A stretch of DNA of 64,000 bases from positions 1 to 64,000 of the forward strand of contig CAWJTV010000019.1 of assembly GCA_963845755.1 (NCBI GenBank), in the 5' to 3' direction. The notes under the pieces are model-generated. The model did no database searches and had not been told where the DNA came from. It saw nothing but the letters and a program-made list of their open reading frames with translations. Shown in pieces: positions 11,094-21,655 of the stretch (its first letter is position 1; each line of letters starts with the position of its first letter). The stretch is from an uncultured Planctomycetota bacterium. GTDB taxonomy: Bacteria; Planctomycetota; Planctomycetia; Isosphaerales; Isosphaeraceae. A program made the translations under genes and the position numbers.

Positions 11094-11409
11094 CAAGAGA
11101 GGCCGCCGATTCGTGGCGGCAGTAGCCCAACGTCTCAGGATTTGTGTAACGCCACAAGAACGAGGGTCCTGTGATGCCAGCATCAAGAGGCTCGAACGCG
11201 GCACCTTCCGCATCCCGGACGCGGCGGCCGATCGCGTCGAGATGACCACCGCCGAACTCGCCGCCCTCCTGGCCGGCATCGATCTGGACAAGGCCCGACG
11301 GCGCGTCCGCTACTCGCGGCCCGCCACTCCCCTTCGAAATTCGGAGAATAATCTACCGACAGGAGCATAATGCGCCAACAATCGAGCACCCGTCAACGTA
11401 GTATAGGGT

Positions 11410-12985
11410 ATGATCACCCTCGCGGACCCACTCCCGGACGACCTGGAGGCGGCCCATCAGCTCATCCGTGAGCTGCTCAAGTCGCTCGCCCAGCAGGTCC
11501 ATCTCAACGAGAAGCTCCAGCACCAGCTCGAGCAGCTCCTCCGCCAGCGCTACGGTCCCAAAGGGGAGCGGATCGACCCGGCCCAGCTCTTGCTCTTCGC
11601 CCGGGAGATCCTGGAGCAGGCCGAGGCGGCGCCGACACCCGCCCCGACCCCGGAGCCGGCCCCGGCCCCGACGCCCGCTCCGAGTGCGGCCCAGAAGAAG
11701 GGCCACGGACGCAAGCCGTTGCCGGCGAGCCTGCCCCGAGTGCCGGTCTTGCACGACGTCCCGCCCGAACAACGCACTTGCCCCGACTGCGGCGCCGAGC
11801 GCACCTGCATCGGCCGGGAAGTCCGCGAGCAACTCGAATTCATCCCCGCCCGCCTGGTCATCCTCGAACCCATCCGCCCCAAGTACGCTTGCCAGGACTG
11901 CCAGGCCAACGTCGTGATCGCCGACGTGCTCCCCGAGCCGATCGACAAGGGCCTGCCAGGCCCGGGGCTGCTGGCTTACGTCGCCGTCAGCAAATATGCC
12001 GATCACTTGCCGCTCTATCGCCTCGAGGGAATCCTCGATCGCTCGGGCGTCGAGTTGTCGCGGTCAACGATGTGCGACTGGATGGCCACGATCGCCGATC
12101 TGCTCAAGCCGATCGTCGATCTGATGCTGAAGAAGATCCTCAGCTCCAGGGTCGTCCAGAACGACGACACGACGGTGCCGGTGCAGGACCACGACGGCAA
12201 GGGGATCAAGACCGGCCGGCTCTGGGTCTCCGTCGGCGACCGCGGCCATCCTTACGTGGTCTATCGCTACACGCCGGACCGCAGCGCCACCGGGCCCCGG
12301 GAGATCTTCAAGGACTTCCAGGGTTATCTCCAGGCCGACGCCTATTCGGCCTACGACGGCCTGTACAAGTCGGGCGAGATTATCGAGGTCGGCTGCATGA
12401 TGCACGCGCGACGGAAGTTCTACGAGGCGCGGACCGTCAACCCGCAACGGTCCCATCAGGCGCTGGCATGGATCAGCCTGCTCTACGACGTCGAACGCGA
12501 CGCCAAGAAGCGCGCAGACCGCGGACTACGAGGCCTTCGTCGCGTTCCGGCACGAACTGCGAAACGAGCGATCGCGTTCGATCTTCGACAAGTTTCACGC
12601 CTGGCTGGAAGCCGAGCAGCCCAAGGTTCTGCCCAAGAGTCCGATCGGCGAAGCGATCCAGTATGCCTTGAACCATTGGGAGGCCCTGAAGCGTCCGTTG
12701 GAGGCCGGGTTCCTCGAACTGGACAACGGTGCGTGCGCGGGCGCGTTCAAGCCCGTGGCGCTGGGACGGAAGAACTGGTTATTCGCGGGGAGCGACCAGG
12801 GAGGCCAGACGGCGGCCGTGTTGATGAGCTTGTGCACGACCTGCAAGAATCTGGGGATCGACCCCCAGGCTTACCTCCGCGATGGGCTCGATCGGATCAG
12901 CACGCACCCGGCGAAGCGGATCGACGAACTGCTGCCGGACCGCTGGCAGGAGTTGCACCAGGCCGGCGCCGACGGGACTGAGTGA
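11410..12985 (+). CDS. tnpC: IS66 transposase TnpC (frameshift near 12517)
   Basis: CPDCG, KYADHLPLYR, DDTTV, LQADAY, CMMHARRKF, LGRKNWLF, IDELLP. Confidence 0.92.
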
Positions 12986-13239
12986 CCGCACCCGAGCCCC
13001 GCGCTCCTCGTCACCCCGGACGAGCGCGGGGCGATTGCGCGCGCCCCTCAAGGTTTGTCCCGCCCCAAGTTCGTCTCGGCCCGGCGCGAGCGCGGGATGA
13101 TCGCGTGCGCCGAGCACAGTGAAAGAATCAAGACGGTGCCCCGAACATCATCTCACGCCCGTGAACCGCTTTGAAGATGTGGTTCACCGGACGCACTCCT
13201 CACAAGAAGCATATCCTATCGCATGGCGGAGACGTCGGG

Positions 13240-13617
13240 GAGAAGCACGACCGCGGCGGGAACGATCTCCAGGTTCGATGGTTCACCCGCAGGTCCAACC
13301 TGCATCGGGTCTGGGATTCTGGGATCATCGAACGGTGGAGTCAGGACGAGTCCCGATGGCTCGACGACTTGATCGCGATGGGCACGCCAGAGGCCCGCCA
13401 GAAGGCTAAGGGCGGCTCCGTCGAGGAGTGGGTGACCGCGAGCCTGCTGGCGGCCCGGGATGCCTACCAGGACCCGGCGACGGGGCAGAGGATGAAGTCG
13501 GGGGCCAAACTGGGGGATGCGTACTACGAGCGGAGCCTGCTCGTGGCGAAGCGGCGGCTTTTTGAGGCGGGGGTGAGGCTGGCGTGGGTGCTGAATGAGG
13601 TGTTTCCGGTGGAGTAA
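13240..13617 (+). pseudogene. S1/P1 nuclease C-terminal fragment
   Basis: HDRGGN, SNLHRVWDSGII, AGVRLAWVLN; no N-terminal half nearby. Confidence 0.75.
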
Positions 13618-13732
13618 GTTCCGAGACGGTCCGGATGAGTAGGCGGTCACCCCTTCCGGCACGCGGCCGGCCCCTCCCGGGTGACACGAGTGCGGCGCCG
13701 AGAATCGAAGGACTGAGAGTATCAAGGATGGG

Positions 13733-15103
13733 TCAGAGCATGGGCACGCCCGACCGATCGAACAAAGGCTCAATTCGGTCGTCTCGTCGTAGTCTCTGTT
13801 CTAGATCGGTTGAAGGAGTAAATGACCACGTCTTTCCAATCTTCCGCTTATGCATCAGCCCACGATCGACGAGTTCCATTATGTCGCTTCGTGCCGTCTC
13901 GTAAACGACGTTGTGGCTACTGCGATGAAACTCAATCGTGTAACTCTGGCCCGGATGTCGCAGCGCAAAGCTTATAAGGTCTCGTTGCCGATGGTTGAGA
14001 GTCGTGAACCCTCGAAGTTCCTTCTGGGCCGTTGCAAGTTGATTGGCGCGTCTCTGGATATATAAATGTAATTCATCGATAGCCCTGCGAATGACATCCG
14101 CATGATAGAGCAGAAAATAAGTCAGATCGTTTTCGTCTGTTTCACAGTGGAGAAAAGCTCGCCCGTACCTGACCGGAGCCTTCAAAATGATTCGCGATAT
14201 GGTTATGTATTCAAATAGCCAATAACCCTGCTTCAGCATCGACCAATAGAACAAAGCTCGCGCAGTCCTCCCGTTTCCGTCAACAAACGGATGGTCGTAT
14301 GCTAACCAGAAATGAAGGACAATCGATCGCAACATTGGGTGGATGAAACCATCAGGTATTTGGTTATTCGCGAATTTGCACATCTCGTCGAACCGTTGGT
14401 CTAGTTGCTCGGCTGGCGGAGGAACGTGGAACACGTTTCCCGTATCATCTCCGACGACGATGTTCTCGTCCGTGCGGCGGAAACGACCTGCACCCGATGC
14501 ATCGTTCAGAGTCCTATCTGTTATCATTCTGTGAACATCACAGATTAAATCGCGAGTAATATCCTTATTTTTGATTTCGAGAATGTATTGCATCGTTTGG
14601 TAGTTATTCAGGATCATCCTCTCGCTACGGTCCCGTGGCTTCCGACCCTCGCGTATCATTTTCTTGGCCACTTCCCTGGTCGTAGATGCACCTTCCAACT
14701 GGCTCGAGGTTATCGATTCCTCGATAAGCGAACGTACCAGATAGCTATCCCGCGTTTCTGGGTTCGTTATGGGCTCGGGCTGCTGGATAACCCCGCGAGC
14801 CAAGGAATCCACATGATGAAGACATTCCGGCAAAGGGTCTGGTAGGTTGAATACGAAAGGGACTCCGGCCTTGTCCACAAGCGGGATTTGTTTTGTCGGC
14901 GTTCGTCGGACCTTCAAGCCGAACCACCACGCTCTATGATCGAGCCCCGAGGGCGGGGTTAAATACCGCAGCTTATCCCAATGGACATACCTTCCCCCAA
15001 CGGTTCCTTCGTTGACTTTGCGTACAATGTCAAAGATCGATTCATTGGCCCCAAATTGTTGCCACAATTTAGCTTGTGGCGGCGGAGAGACGGGCATTCT
15101 CAC
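13733..15103 (-). CDS. Fic family protein
   Basis: Fic motif HPFVDGNGRTAR; SSQLEG inhibitory-type motif; C-terminal HTH; visibly AT-richer than its flanks. Confidence 0.92.
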   Translation of the reverse strand: MRMPVSPPPQAKLWQQFGANESIFDIVRKVNEGTVGGRYVHWDKLRYLTPPSGLDHRAWWFGLKVRRTPTKQIPLVDKAGVPFVFNLPDPLPECLHHVDSLARGVIQQPEPITNPETRDSYLVRSLIEESITSSQLEGASTTREVAKKMIREGRKPRDRSERMILNNYQTMQYILEIKNKDITRDLICDVHRMITDRTLNDASGAGRFRRTDENIVVGDDTGNVFHVPPPAEQLDQRFDEMCKFANNQIPDGFIHPMLRSIVLHFWLAYDHPFVDGNGRTARALFYWSMLKQGYWLFEYITISRIILKAPVRYGRAFLHCETDENDLTYFLLYHADVIRRAIDELHLYIQRRANQLATAQKELRGFTTLNHRQRDLISFALRHPGQSYTIEFHRSSHNVVYETARSDIMELVDRGLMHKRKIGKTWSFTPSTDLEQRLRRDDRIEPLFDRSGVPML

Positions 15104-15387
15104 GGCGCAAACCCCAGATTCAGGGAAATACTAATTTCATACTAACTGACACAGAATTAGTATATCGGACTCAGGTCGAAAGGCAATAGGGGTTTACGGC
15201 AAGAAGTGATTCGTACTGGCCGGATGCTCACTGCGGACGATCTTCCTAGCGTCCACGAGGCCATCAGAGTCGTCGATGCCCTCGCCCTTGTGGCTGACCC
15301 GGAACATGATGGCCCTGCCGGATGAATAGGGCCGAGGCCGGCCACCTTAACAACATGGCCGCCTCGACAGACGGAGTTCAATGGCGT

Positions 15388-15648
15388 TCAGGCGATCCAC
15401 TGCTCGTCGTCGCAGCTACACAAGAATTCGTATCGACCGAACTCGCTCGGAACCTGCTCTTCGCGTACAGCCAGTTCGCATGTGATATAGGTGATGGCTC
15501 GCTCCTCGCGCTCACTTCCGATGGTGCGGAGGTTCAACGGCCCGCCACAATCGAACCCGATGATAGCGAAGATCGTGTAGACGTCGATTGGGCCAATCTG
15601 GGATTCGAGTGGCGCGAATAGTTGTCGGTAGAATTGCTTGTAGTCCAT
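15388..15648 (-). CDS. Suppressor-of-fused (SUFU)-like immunity protein, probably truncated
   Basis: GFDCGGP...TYITCEL...GRYEF pattern resembles the bacterial SUFU-domain N-terminus; begins right after an attC-like site. Confidence 0.45.
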   Translation of the reverse strand: MDYKQFYRQLFAPLESQIGPIDVYTIFAIIGFDCGGPLNLRTIGSEREERAITYITCELAVREEQVPSEFGRYEFLCSCDDEQWIA

Positions 15649-15661
15649 GTTGTTCTACGCC

Positions 15662-15758
15662 GCCGAAAGTTGAAGCTCACCTGCCCGGCGGGTGCGGGGA
15701 GCTATGAACCCCAGAAAGTCTACATGCCCGCCGGGTCAGGTGCAGCTCTTGGTTCGGC
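15662..15758 (-). repeat. attC-like recombination hairpin
   Basis: Minus strand GCCGAAC-caaga-GCTGCAC-CTGACCCGGCGGG...CCCGCCGGGCAG-GTGAGC...TTTCGGC; the R' box is degenerate. Confidence 0.7.
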
Positions 15759-16039
15759 CTCGGGTTGCGACTCGTGCAGCGAAACCAGGAATGCCGTGAA
15801 ACTCTCTGCCACGGGAAAGAGGTTGCAGCCGTCCTCACGTACCCAAAAACCCACGCGGTCCCAGAAGAAAACCTTCCCAGCCTCTTTGCCAATCGTGGCC
15901 AAGAGGAGCCGGTTACCGCCAGGGTCTTCACCGATAGGGATGAACCCCGGCAGCAGCGGGTTCCACTGCGTCGCCTCCTCGTACTCGTACTCCAAGTCGA
16001 GCGATACACGCTTGGTGCCGACGCCATAGAGGACACTTA

Positions 16040-17389
16040 GGGAACGGCAGAAATTAATTTACCTGCAAGACAGGCGTTTTCGGCTTGATCGTGATGTCAT
16101 ACTTCGGTAACGCCGCCAAACGCTCCAGGCGGCTTCGTACTCCTTCATCTCCTTGGCCGGGACTCGTACGCCATCGGGATACTCGCCATGGAGCCGCTTC
16201 ACCGTCGGGTGCCGACCCTTCCAGACCATCCGGAGGGCGCATTGCAGCACGACCTTCAGACAGGTCAATAAGACGCCGTTCCATTTCTTCTCCAACGCCG
16301 ACCAGCAGCGTTCGATCGGATTGTATTTGCTGTGATAAGGGGGATAGTACACCAAGCGAATCTCCAACCCCGACCCGTCGGCGAATTCCACCATCCGTTT
16401 CAAGAACTGGGTCCGCCGGCCTGAGTTCTTCGGGCCGTTGTCAACGTAGATCACCAAGCGTTTGATATGTCCCAAACCCGACCGGACCTCCAGCCACCAC
16501 ATCCTCAAGGCATCGACCCAGGCATCGCTGGTCTCGCGCTCGCCAAACAGAAGCATCAACGCGCCCGTTGCCATCATCAGGACGCCGAAGGGGACCAGTT
16601 TCTCCTTGGCGGGCGGATCATGGTCCCATCCCTTGGTCACTTCACCGTCGGCGTCAGTCCGGGTTTTTTCCCCCCCGAGCGTAATCGCCCAATCCCACCT
16701 TGGCTTTGGTATCCATGGAGATCTCCAGAGTTTCCGGATCGGCCCGCGCCTGTTCCCGTACGGTCTTGATGTTGGCGAAGATCGCGTCGGTCTCTTTGGT
16801 CTTCTTCAGCGGTTTGCCCTTCTGAATCCGCTTGAGCCGATAGTTCATCCGATTGAGGATGTCCCGCATCGTGTGCTCGCTGGGCAACTCCTCGAGGGCA
16901 TAGCCCTTGGCGATCAGGGCGTCGCGCACCTCAGCCGCCGACAAGTTGGTGTACCGCCGCGGCGACTTGAGTTCCGGATCGGCGTGCGAATGGGGTCCCA
17001 CGATGCGCGCGGATATCGGTCGCCAATTGGGGATCCTTGTCTTCGCCTGCGCAGGCCGGCCCCGTGCGGCAAATCCTCCAGACACCGGAGGCCTTGCCGG
17101 GCCTCATGGAGTCCTTTCTCGACCGTCTCGCGCCCCCAGCCGAAACGGCGTTCGGCTTTGCGAGCGCTGCCGTTGCATAATTCGGTAGCGACCTCGGCGA
17201 GGAACAAGCGGCGCTGGTATCCGGTCAGGCGCTTGGCGCCGGAACGAAGCAAGTCATCAACGCAGGCGGCGGACGTGTCCATGAGCGTGACCCCCCTCCT
17301 GAGACAAGACAATCCTCAAGGAACAGTCTCGCATCCCGCGGGATGGCCGGAAACCTCAGTTCTTGGGTAGGATTCCACCCACCGATCGC
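16040..17389 (-). mobile_element. ISAzo13-family insertion sequence
   Basis: TTA TSD at 16037-16039 and 17390-17392; imperfect IRs GGGAACGGCAG / GCGATCGGTGG. Confidence 0.8.
16054..17282 (-). CDS. ISAzo13 transposase (multiple frameshifts, one at a G-run/A6 slippery tract near 16670)
   Basis: Motifs ISMDTKAKV, DHD, YVDNGPKN, YYPPYHSKYNPIERCW. Confidence 0.85.
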
Positions 17390-17583
17390 TTAACATCACA
17401 AGGTCGTGTCCCGGGACCATGAACACGTGCAGGTCGGGGCGGCCGCCGTTTACCGTGCGGAAGGAAACGTTTGTAGTCGCCAGGCAACTTGACACCAAGG
17501 CGCTGCTCGGCAGCATCGACAGTCGCGGCAGTAGCTGGGCCGAAGCTTTGGCTAAACGCCACCATCCGCTACCCCCTTTTATG

Positions 17584-17684
17584 GTCGAACGCAACTGCGT
17601 TCAGCGGCCGGGCGGGCACCGACCAGCTTTGCGAATCACAGGGATCGCGACGCCCGCCCGGTCCGCTGCAGCGTTGGGTTATGC
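17584..17684 (-). repeat. attC-like recombination hairpin
   Basis: Minus strand GCATAAC-ccaac-GCTGCAG-CGGACCGGGCGGGC...CCCGCCCGGCCG-CTGAAC...GTTCGAC. Confidence 0.75.
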
Positions 17685-17711
17685 ACACGGCCGCGGCCGC
17701 GGGCATCAGCA

Positions 17712-18179
17712 TCACGGTACGATGAGCAAACGGAAACGCTGTGCGCACGACGCGGCCTCGTTCAGTATCGCTTCCGTTTGACTGAGTTCATCCAGCAACT
17801 GCTTTGGCCAATGCGCGGTGGATCGATCCGGCTTGAAGCCCAAGTCATCGAACCGCTCTGTTAGCCGCTGGCGGAGTTTGCGAACGGAATCGAGTCCCAC
17901 CGCCGAGTCGAACCACTCGCCTTTCGCTTGGCGCTCCTCCAGCGTCGGCTCTGGTGCAGACTCTTCCTCGCCGCCGTCCTCGGTGTCTTCGCCCTCGTCA
18001 CTGAGATCACCGTAGGCTTCTTCGAGTTCGCTGTAATCGTAGAAGTCGCTCAGCTTTCGAACGTCGAGTTTGCCCGCGAGGACGTCCAGATTGTCCATCA
18101 AGCGGTGCATCGTGGAACTGTCGTCCGCGGTCTCTTTGAGCGGCCGTCCATGTACCTCTACCCAGATCGTGTGTCCCAT
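17712..18179 (-). CDS. acidic hypothetical protein, cassette-borne
   Basis: 155-aa ORF with a GGAGAG RBS-like sequence, bounded by attC-like sites and inverted TTATGCACACGG ends. Confidence 0.75.
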   Translation of the reverse strand: MGHTIWVEVHGRPLKETADDSSTMHRLMDNLDVLAGKLDVRKLSDFYDYSELEEAYGDLSDEGEDTEDGGEEESAPEPTLEERQAKGEWFDSAVGLDSVRKLRQRLTERFDDLGFKPDRSTAHWPKQLLDELSQTEAILNEAASCAQRFRLLIVP

Positions 18180-18197
18180 GTCAGCGGCTCTCCGTGT

Positions 18198-18286
18198 GCA
18201 TAATAAGGTGCTAAGTGGATCGCCATATGAGCCATCGCGACACCCTTCGCCCAGCGGCGATCCATTTCAACACCGACAGGTTAGGC
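18198..18286 (-). repeat. degenerate attC-like hairpin
   Basis: GCATAAT...TGGATCGCC...GGCGATCCA...GTTAGGC on the + strand; a further GCCTAAC half-site lies at 18444-18450. Confidence 0.55.
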
Positions 18287-18941
18287 CGACCGTCCCCGGT
18301 CGGTCTAGCCGGCCGTCAGGCCGACGCGGACCGACGACTCAGCGGGAGCCGCCATCGGTAACGCTCGGCCGCCGCCGAACAAGCTCGTCGCCTGCCGAGC
18401 GTTACCGTGGCGTCAAGCGCACGCAACGACCCGGACGCGGCCGGCCTAACGCGGTTTTAGACAGAATCCCGTGTATCCTACCATGGTATCACGCCTGACT
18501 CGCTCGTCATAGTGAACGGATCTCACGACCCCGGTTGGCCAGAGTCGCGTAATACCATGGGGGACTGGAACGGGGACGGAGTTTGCGGAGCGGAGCACTG
18601 CGCGCATCGGTCCGACGACACCAAAGCGCCTTCAGGGTTGTCTCGGGTCCGGTCGTGATCAGGTCGGCTTTCATGCTCCAAGACTTGTTCGTATCTAAAC
18701 GGCCGTCACCCTCGGCACTTGAACGCCTACAGCCCAACCTCCACAACTCCGAGCCGTCCGCGTTGTGCCAATTGCGGCGGATGAGCACGACGGCCGTTTC
18801 CAGCGTAATCCTCGGGACTCGCTTCCCGATCGGCTCGAAGGCTCTCATGGCTCCCTTGGTGACTCATGGTGATGAGACGATGAAACAGAGAGACCCCGCG
18901 GCGAACGACGCCAGCGGGGCCAATAGGCGGTCTGGCGGAGC

Positions 18942-19622
18942 TCAGACGCCCCAGAGCAACCAGCGGATATTATGAAGCGCTTCGGGGCTGTGCCGATCGC
19001 GGACCGGGAATCGAGACCCGGGCAGCGCGGCGGGGAAATCGTCGTCAGCCTCGTCGAAGTGCCGGCGGTTTTCAGCCCGGTTCCCTCGGGCGGGCTCGTC
19101 GGGCTGATCAAGCGATGCACTGGAGATGGCGGGCAACGGCGTAATACCGTCGGCGCCGAAGGCTTCCCAGTAACCCGGCCGGGTCATGACGTGAGCGTCG
19201 GGAGCGTCGTCGTGGACTTCGGCCCGTTCGTCGTCGGTCAAGGGTGGCGGGACTTCGGGCTCAGCCTGGTCGAAGTCGTCATCCTCGAACTCGATCGGGC
19301 CGGACGTGCGAATGGTGTCGTTGGGCGTCCACACGTCATCGGCGGGATCGTGGCGGCTTTCCTGTCCTTCGGGCGATCCCCAGGACCGATCGGACTGGTC
19401 AACCGGCTCGAAGCCGGCAACGTAAACAGCGGTTAAGGCGTCGTTGTCTTCGGGATAGATGAATGGGGCGTCGTCGATGGTTCCGTGTTCGACGACGTGG
19501 GCGACGATCGCCACGATGGCGTTGAGCGAATAGGTGCCCTCTTCCACCAGGAACCGACGAAGGGCGTCAAGGGCAAGCCGTGTTGAGGGATCGATCGAGG
19601 CTGTGATTGTGGTAGACTGCAT
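18942..19622 (-). CDS. acidic hypothetical protein
   Basis: 226-aa ORF with AAGGAG RBS, downstream of the DUF932 gene. Confidence 0.6.
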   Translation of the reverse strand: MQSTTITASIDPSTRLALDALRRFLVEEGTYSLNAIVAIVAHVVEHGTIDDAPFIYPEDNDALTAVYVAGFEPVDQSDRSWGSPEGQESRHDPADDVWTPNDTIRTSGPIEFEDDDFDQAEPEVPPPLTDDERAEVHDDAPDAHVMTRPGYWEAFGADGITPLPAISSASLDQPDEPARGNRAENRRHFDEADDDFPAALPGSRFPVRDRHSPEALHNIRWLLWGV

Positions 19623-19715
19623 TTCGGTCTGACTCCTTGGGATCAGTTAACAGGGAAAAGGACCAACAGGGCCGGGGGAGATAGCCGTCTCCACCCGGCC
19701 CACTTCATTGCGGAT

Positions 19716-20493
19716 TCATTGCTCGATCACGACATCGGCGCTCGGCATCGGACGCGCGTACAGCGTCCGGGCGAAGAAACGGCCGATCCGAAGTTGGCCG
19801 TTGGCCTGTGGGGTCGGCTTGAGGATCTTGACCGACTCCGTGAAGGCGTTGTTGAGCCCCCAGAGCGTCCGGTCCGGGAACTTCGCCCGTTGCTCCTCAT
19901 CGTCGAAGTAGAGCCCCGAGACGATCGGGAAGAGCCGTCGGGAAAGGATGGGATTGCGGGCGAAGGCGTCGAAGATCAGTTCTTTCGCCCGCCCATCGGT
20001 CAACCCCACGTTCTTCATCCGTTCGATGTCGAGCTTGAAGAGACCGGCCTTCTCCAGATACGCATCAATGGCTGGGGGGACGACTCGGGAGAGGTCGAGG
20101 CGACTGGTGTGCTTCTTACGCAGGACCACGGTCCCGCCGTCGCCGGAGAACGCCAGGTTGTCGCAGACGAACACCCGCGCCGGCAACCGCCTGGATCGCC
20201 AGCGACTTGTCGTTGCTCCCGCGGAGCCCGAGCGACATCCCGTAGTCGGGCTCGGCCGTACCGGGGATGAGCAGGTCGAGGACGCCGAATAGCCTGGCGT
20301 CCCGATGACTGGTCGCGTACTCCTCGCTGGCGATCGTGATGCCTTGATGGCCCAGCCCATCGATCAGCGAGGCCACGAGTTCGTGGTGCGGGACCGGTCG
20401 CCACGTGTCGGTCGCCAGCGGCGTGGCCAGCCCGATCAATTCTTCGCGGGTCCGTCGGATTCCGCCCGCATGAACCATCAGTCCGTTTCCCAT
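19716..20493 (-). CDS. DUF932-like phage/plasmid protein (frameshift near 20185)
   Basis: TWRPVPH, LGLRGSNDKS, RVFVCDNL, HT, TLWGLNNAFTE. Confidence 0.75.
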
Positions 20494-20571
20494 GATGCAT
20501 CTCCTGAACAGGGGGTCAAATCGGAAGGTGGGAGATGGGCGTCCATGCCCACAGTGGCGATCCCTCTGGGC

Positions 20572-20874
20572 TCAGGCCATCAACCCGACGGCGGCCAGCG
20601 CCTTGACGTGCTTGCAGCCGCCCGGGTCGATGCCGTCGCGGTGGAACGTGAAGTCGGGGCAGTCGCAGACCGGCCCGTGCTCGGTCGCGGCGACGTTGTA
20701 CGTCGTGCCCTCGGGCTTGCGGAGCCGCCAGGCCCGAAGCGCGGCCGACGGATCGCAGGGGATGCGACGCAGCGTGTAGGACGTGCCGTTGATCACGAGC
20801 GTCAGGCGGCATGAGCCGTGGGCAGGCTCGAGGGGTTTGCGGGTTCGTGGCTTGTTCATCGTCGTGGTCTGCAT
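20572..20874 (-). CDS. SWIM zinc-finger protein
   Basis: YNV...CDCPDF...CKHVKAL. Confidence 0.8.
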   Translation of the reverse strand: MQTTTMNKPRTRKPLEPAHGSCRLTLVINGTSYTLRRIPCDPSAALRAWRLRKPEGTTYNVAATEHGPVCDCPDFTFHRDGIDPGGCKHVKALAAVGLMA

Positions 20875-21207
20875 GGTCAGGTGCCTCGTCGCGGGTCCTG
20901 GGTGGAGGTGATGGGCGTCCGTGCCCGATGGTCCATCAGAAGCACAGCTTCATCTCGAGGCGGCTGGTCGCCATCGCTTCGCCCGCCATCGCGTCCAGCC
21001 GGCGGCCCTCGGCGGTCGAGGGGTTCTGGGCGAGCCAGTCGAGGTCGGCCGCGGTGTAGGGCATGCGGCCGACGCTCGGGGTGTAGCGGAGGATGCCTTT
21101 CCCGAAGCGGCTCGAGGGCGCGGGATCTTGCGGGTGGGCTTGATTTTCGGCGTTGCGGTGCAGATGATTCGGGACATCGCGAGTTCTCCTTATCAGGCTT
21201 GCGAGTC

Positions 21208-21249
21208 GGCCGGTTGGGAGTGACAGCTCTCAGCCGGCCTTTCTTTTTG
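21208..21249 (+). terminator. intrinsic terminator-like hairpin
   Basis: GGCCGGTTGGGAG-tgacag-CTCTCAGCCGGCC followed by TTTCTTTTT. Confidence 0.5.
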
Positions 21250-21445
21250 GGGTCGAGAACGTCTCGACTCGACATCCTCATGATACGCGACTGTCTACCA
21301 ATTGTAAACAGAATTTACGTGAAACATCCGCGATTAGACATAATTGGTTGACCAAGAGACTCCGCTGGTATACGATGTGGGTAAGGATGGGCGGCTTGTG
21401 GTATACTGGGCAGTCTTTATGCAACCACACGCTGGAGCCCGTCCT

Positions 21446-21655
21446 ATGGCCAAGAAATCATCAGGAGAGAAGAAGGTGCAAGCGACAGCAACGCCAGGGA
21501 GACGGCTGGGTAAGGCTGTTCGGCTCGATCTCTCCGAGAAAGACCACGAGCGGTTAGACCGCGTCGCCAGGGCGAAGGGGCTGAACATGGCGGCTTATTC
21601 GAGGATGGCGATTTTGGAGCGGCTCCGTAAGGATGAGGAGGAGCTGGACGGATGA
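21446..21655 (+). CDS. ribbon-helix-helix-like small regulator
   Basis: AVRLDLSEKDHERLDRVARAKGLNMAAYSRMAILERL; GGAG RBS; divergent from the SWIM/DUF932 operon. Confidence 0.65.
   Translation: MAKKSSGEKKVQATATPGRRLGKAVRLDLSEKDHERLDRVARAKGLNMAAYSRMAILERLRKDEEELDG

Larger units (their letters stand above)
8600..11188 (+). mobile_element. Large serine recombinase mini-element inserted in tnpB
   Basis: Flanked by CAAGA at 8595-8599 and 11184-11188; contains a small ORF and the recombinase only. Confidence 0.85.
8392..11370 (+). pseudogene. tnpB: IS66 accessory protein TnpB split by a recombinase element (8392-8599 plus 11189-11370)
   Basis: DMRKSFDGL...KILYWDRDGLAVWAK | RLERGTF...LLAGIDL; the two halves rejoin in frame to 129 aa. 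Confidence 0.9.
7946..13198 (+). mobile_element. IS66-family element, copy 1, carrying a nested recombinase element
   Basis: IRs GTGTCCGTCCGGTGAA / TTCACCGGACGCACTC; TSD TCACAAGA at 7938-7945 and 13200-13207 (one extra C in between); tnpA-tnpB-tnpC order. Confidence 0.92.
15720..17565 (-). pseudogene. SMI1/KNR4 (SUKH) family protein interrupted by ISAzo13
   Basis: N-terminal AEQRLGVKLPGDYKRFL..NGGRP and C-terminal FIPIGEDPGGN..GKVFFWD. Removing the IS plus one TTA gives in-frame VMLSVLYGVG. Confidence 0.8.

Noticed and set aside
8392..11370. tnpB as an RNA-guided IS200/IS605 TnpB nuclease
   Set aside because: This is the unrelated ~129-aa IS66 accessory TnpB, with no RuvC motifs.
11620..11690. 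Pro/Ala/Thr repeat in tnpC
   Set aside because: Ordinary low-complexity linker of IS66 transposases.
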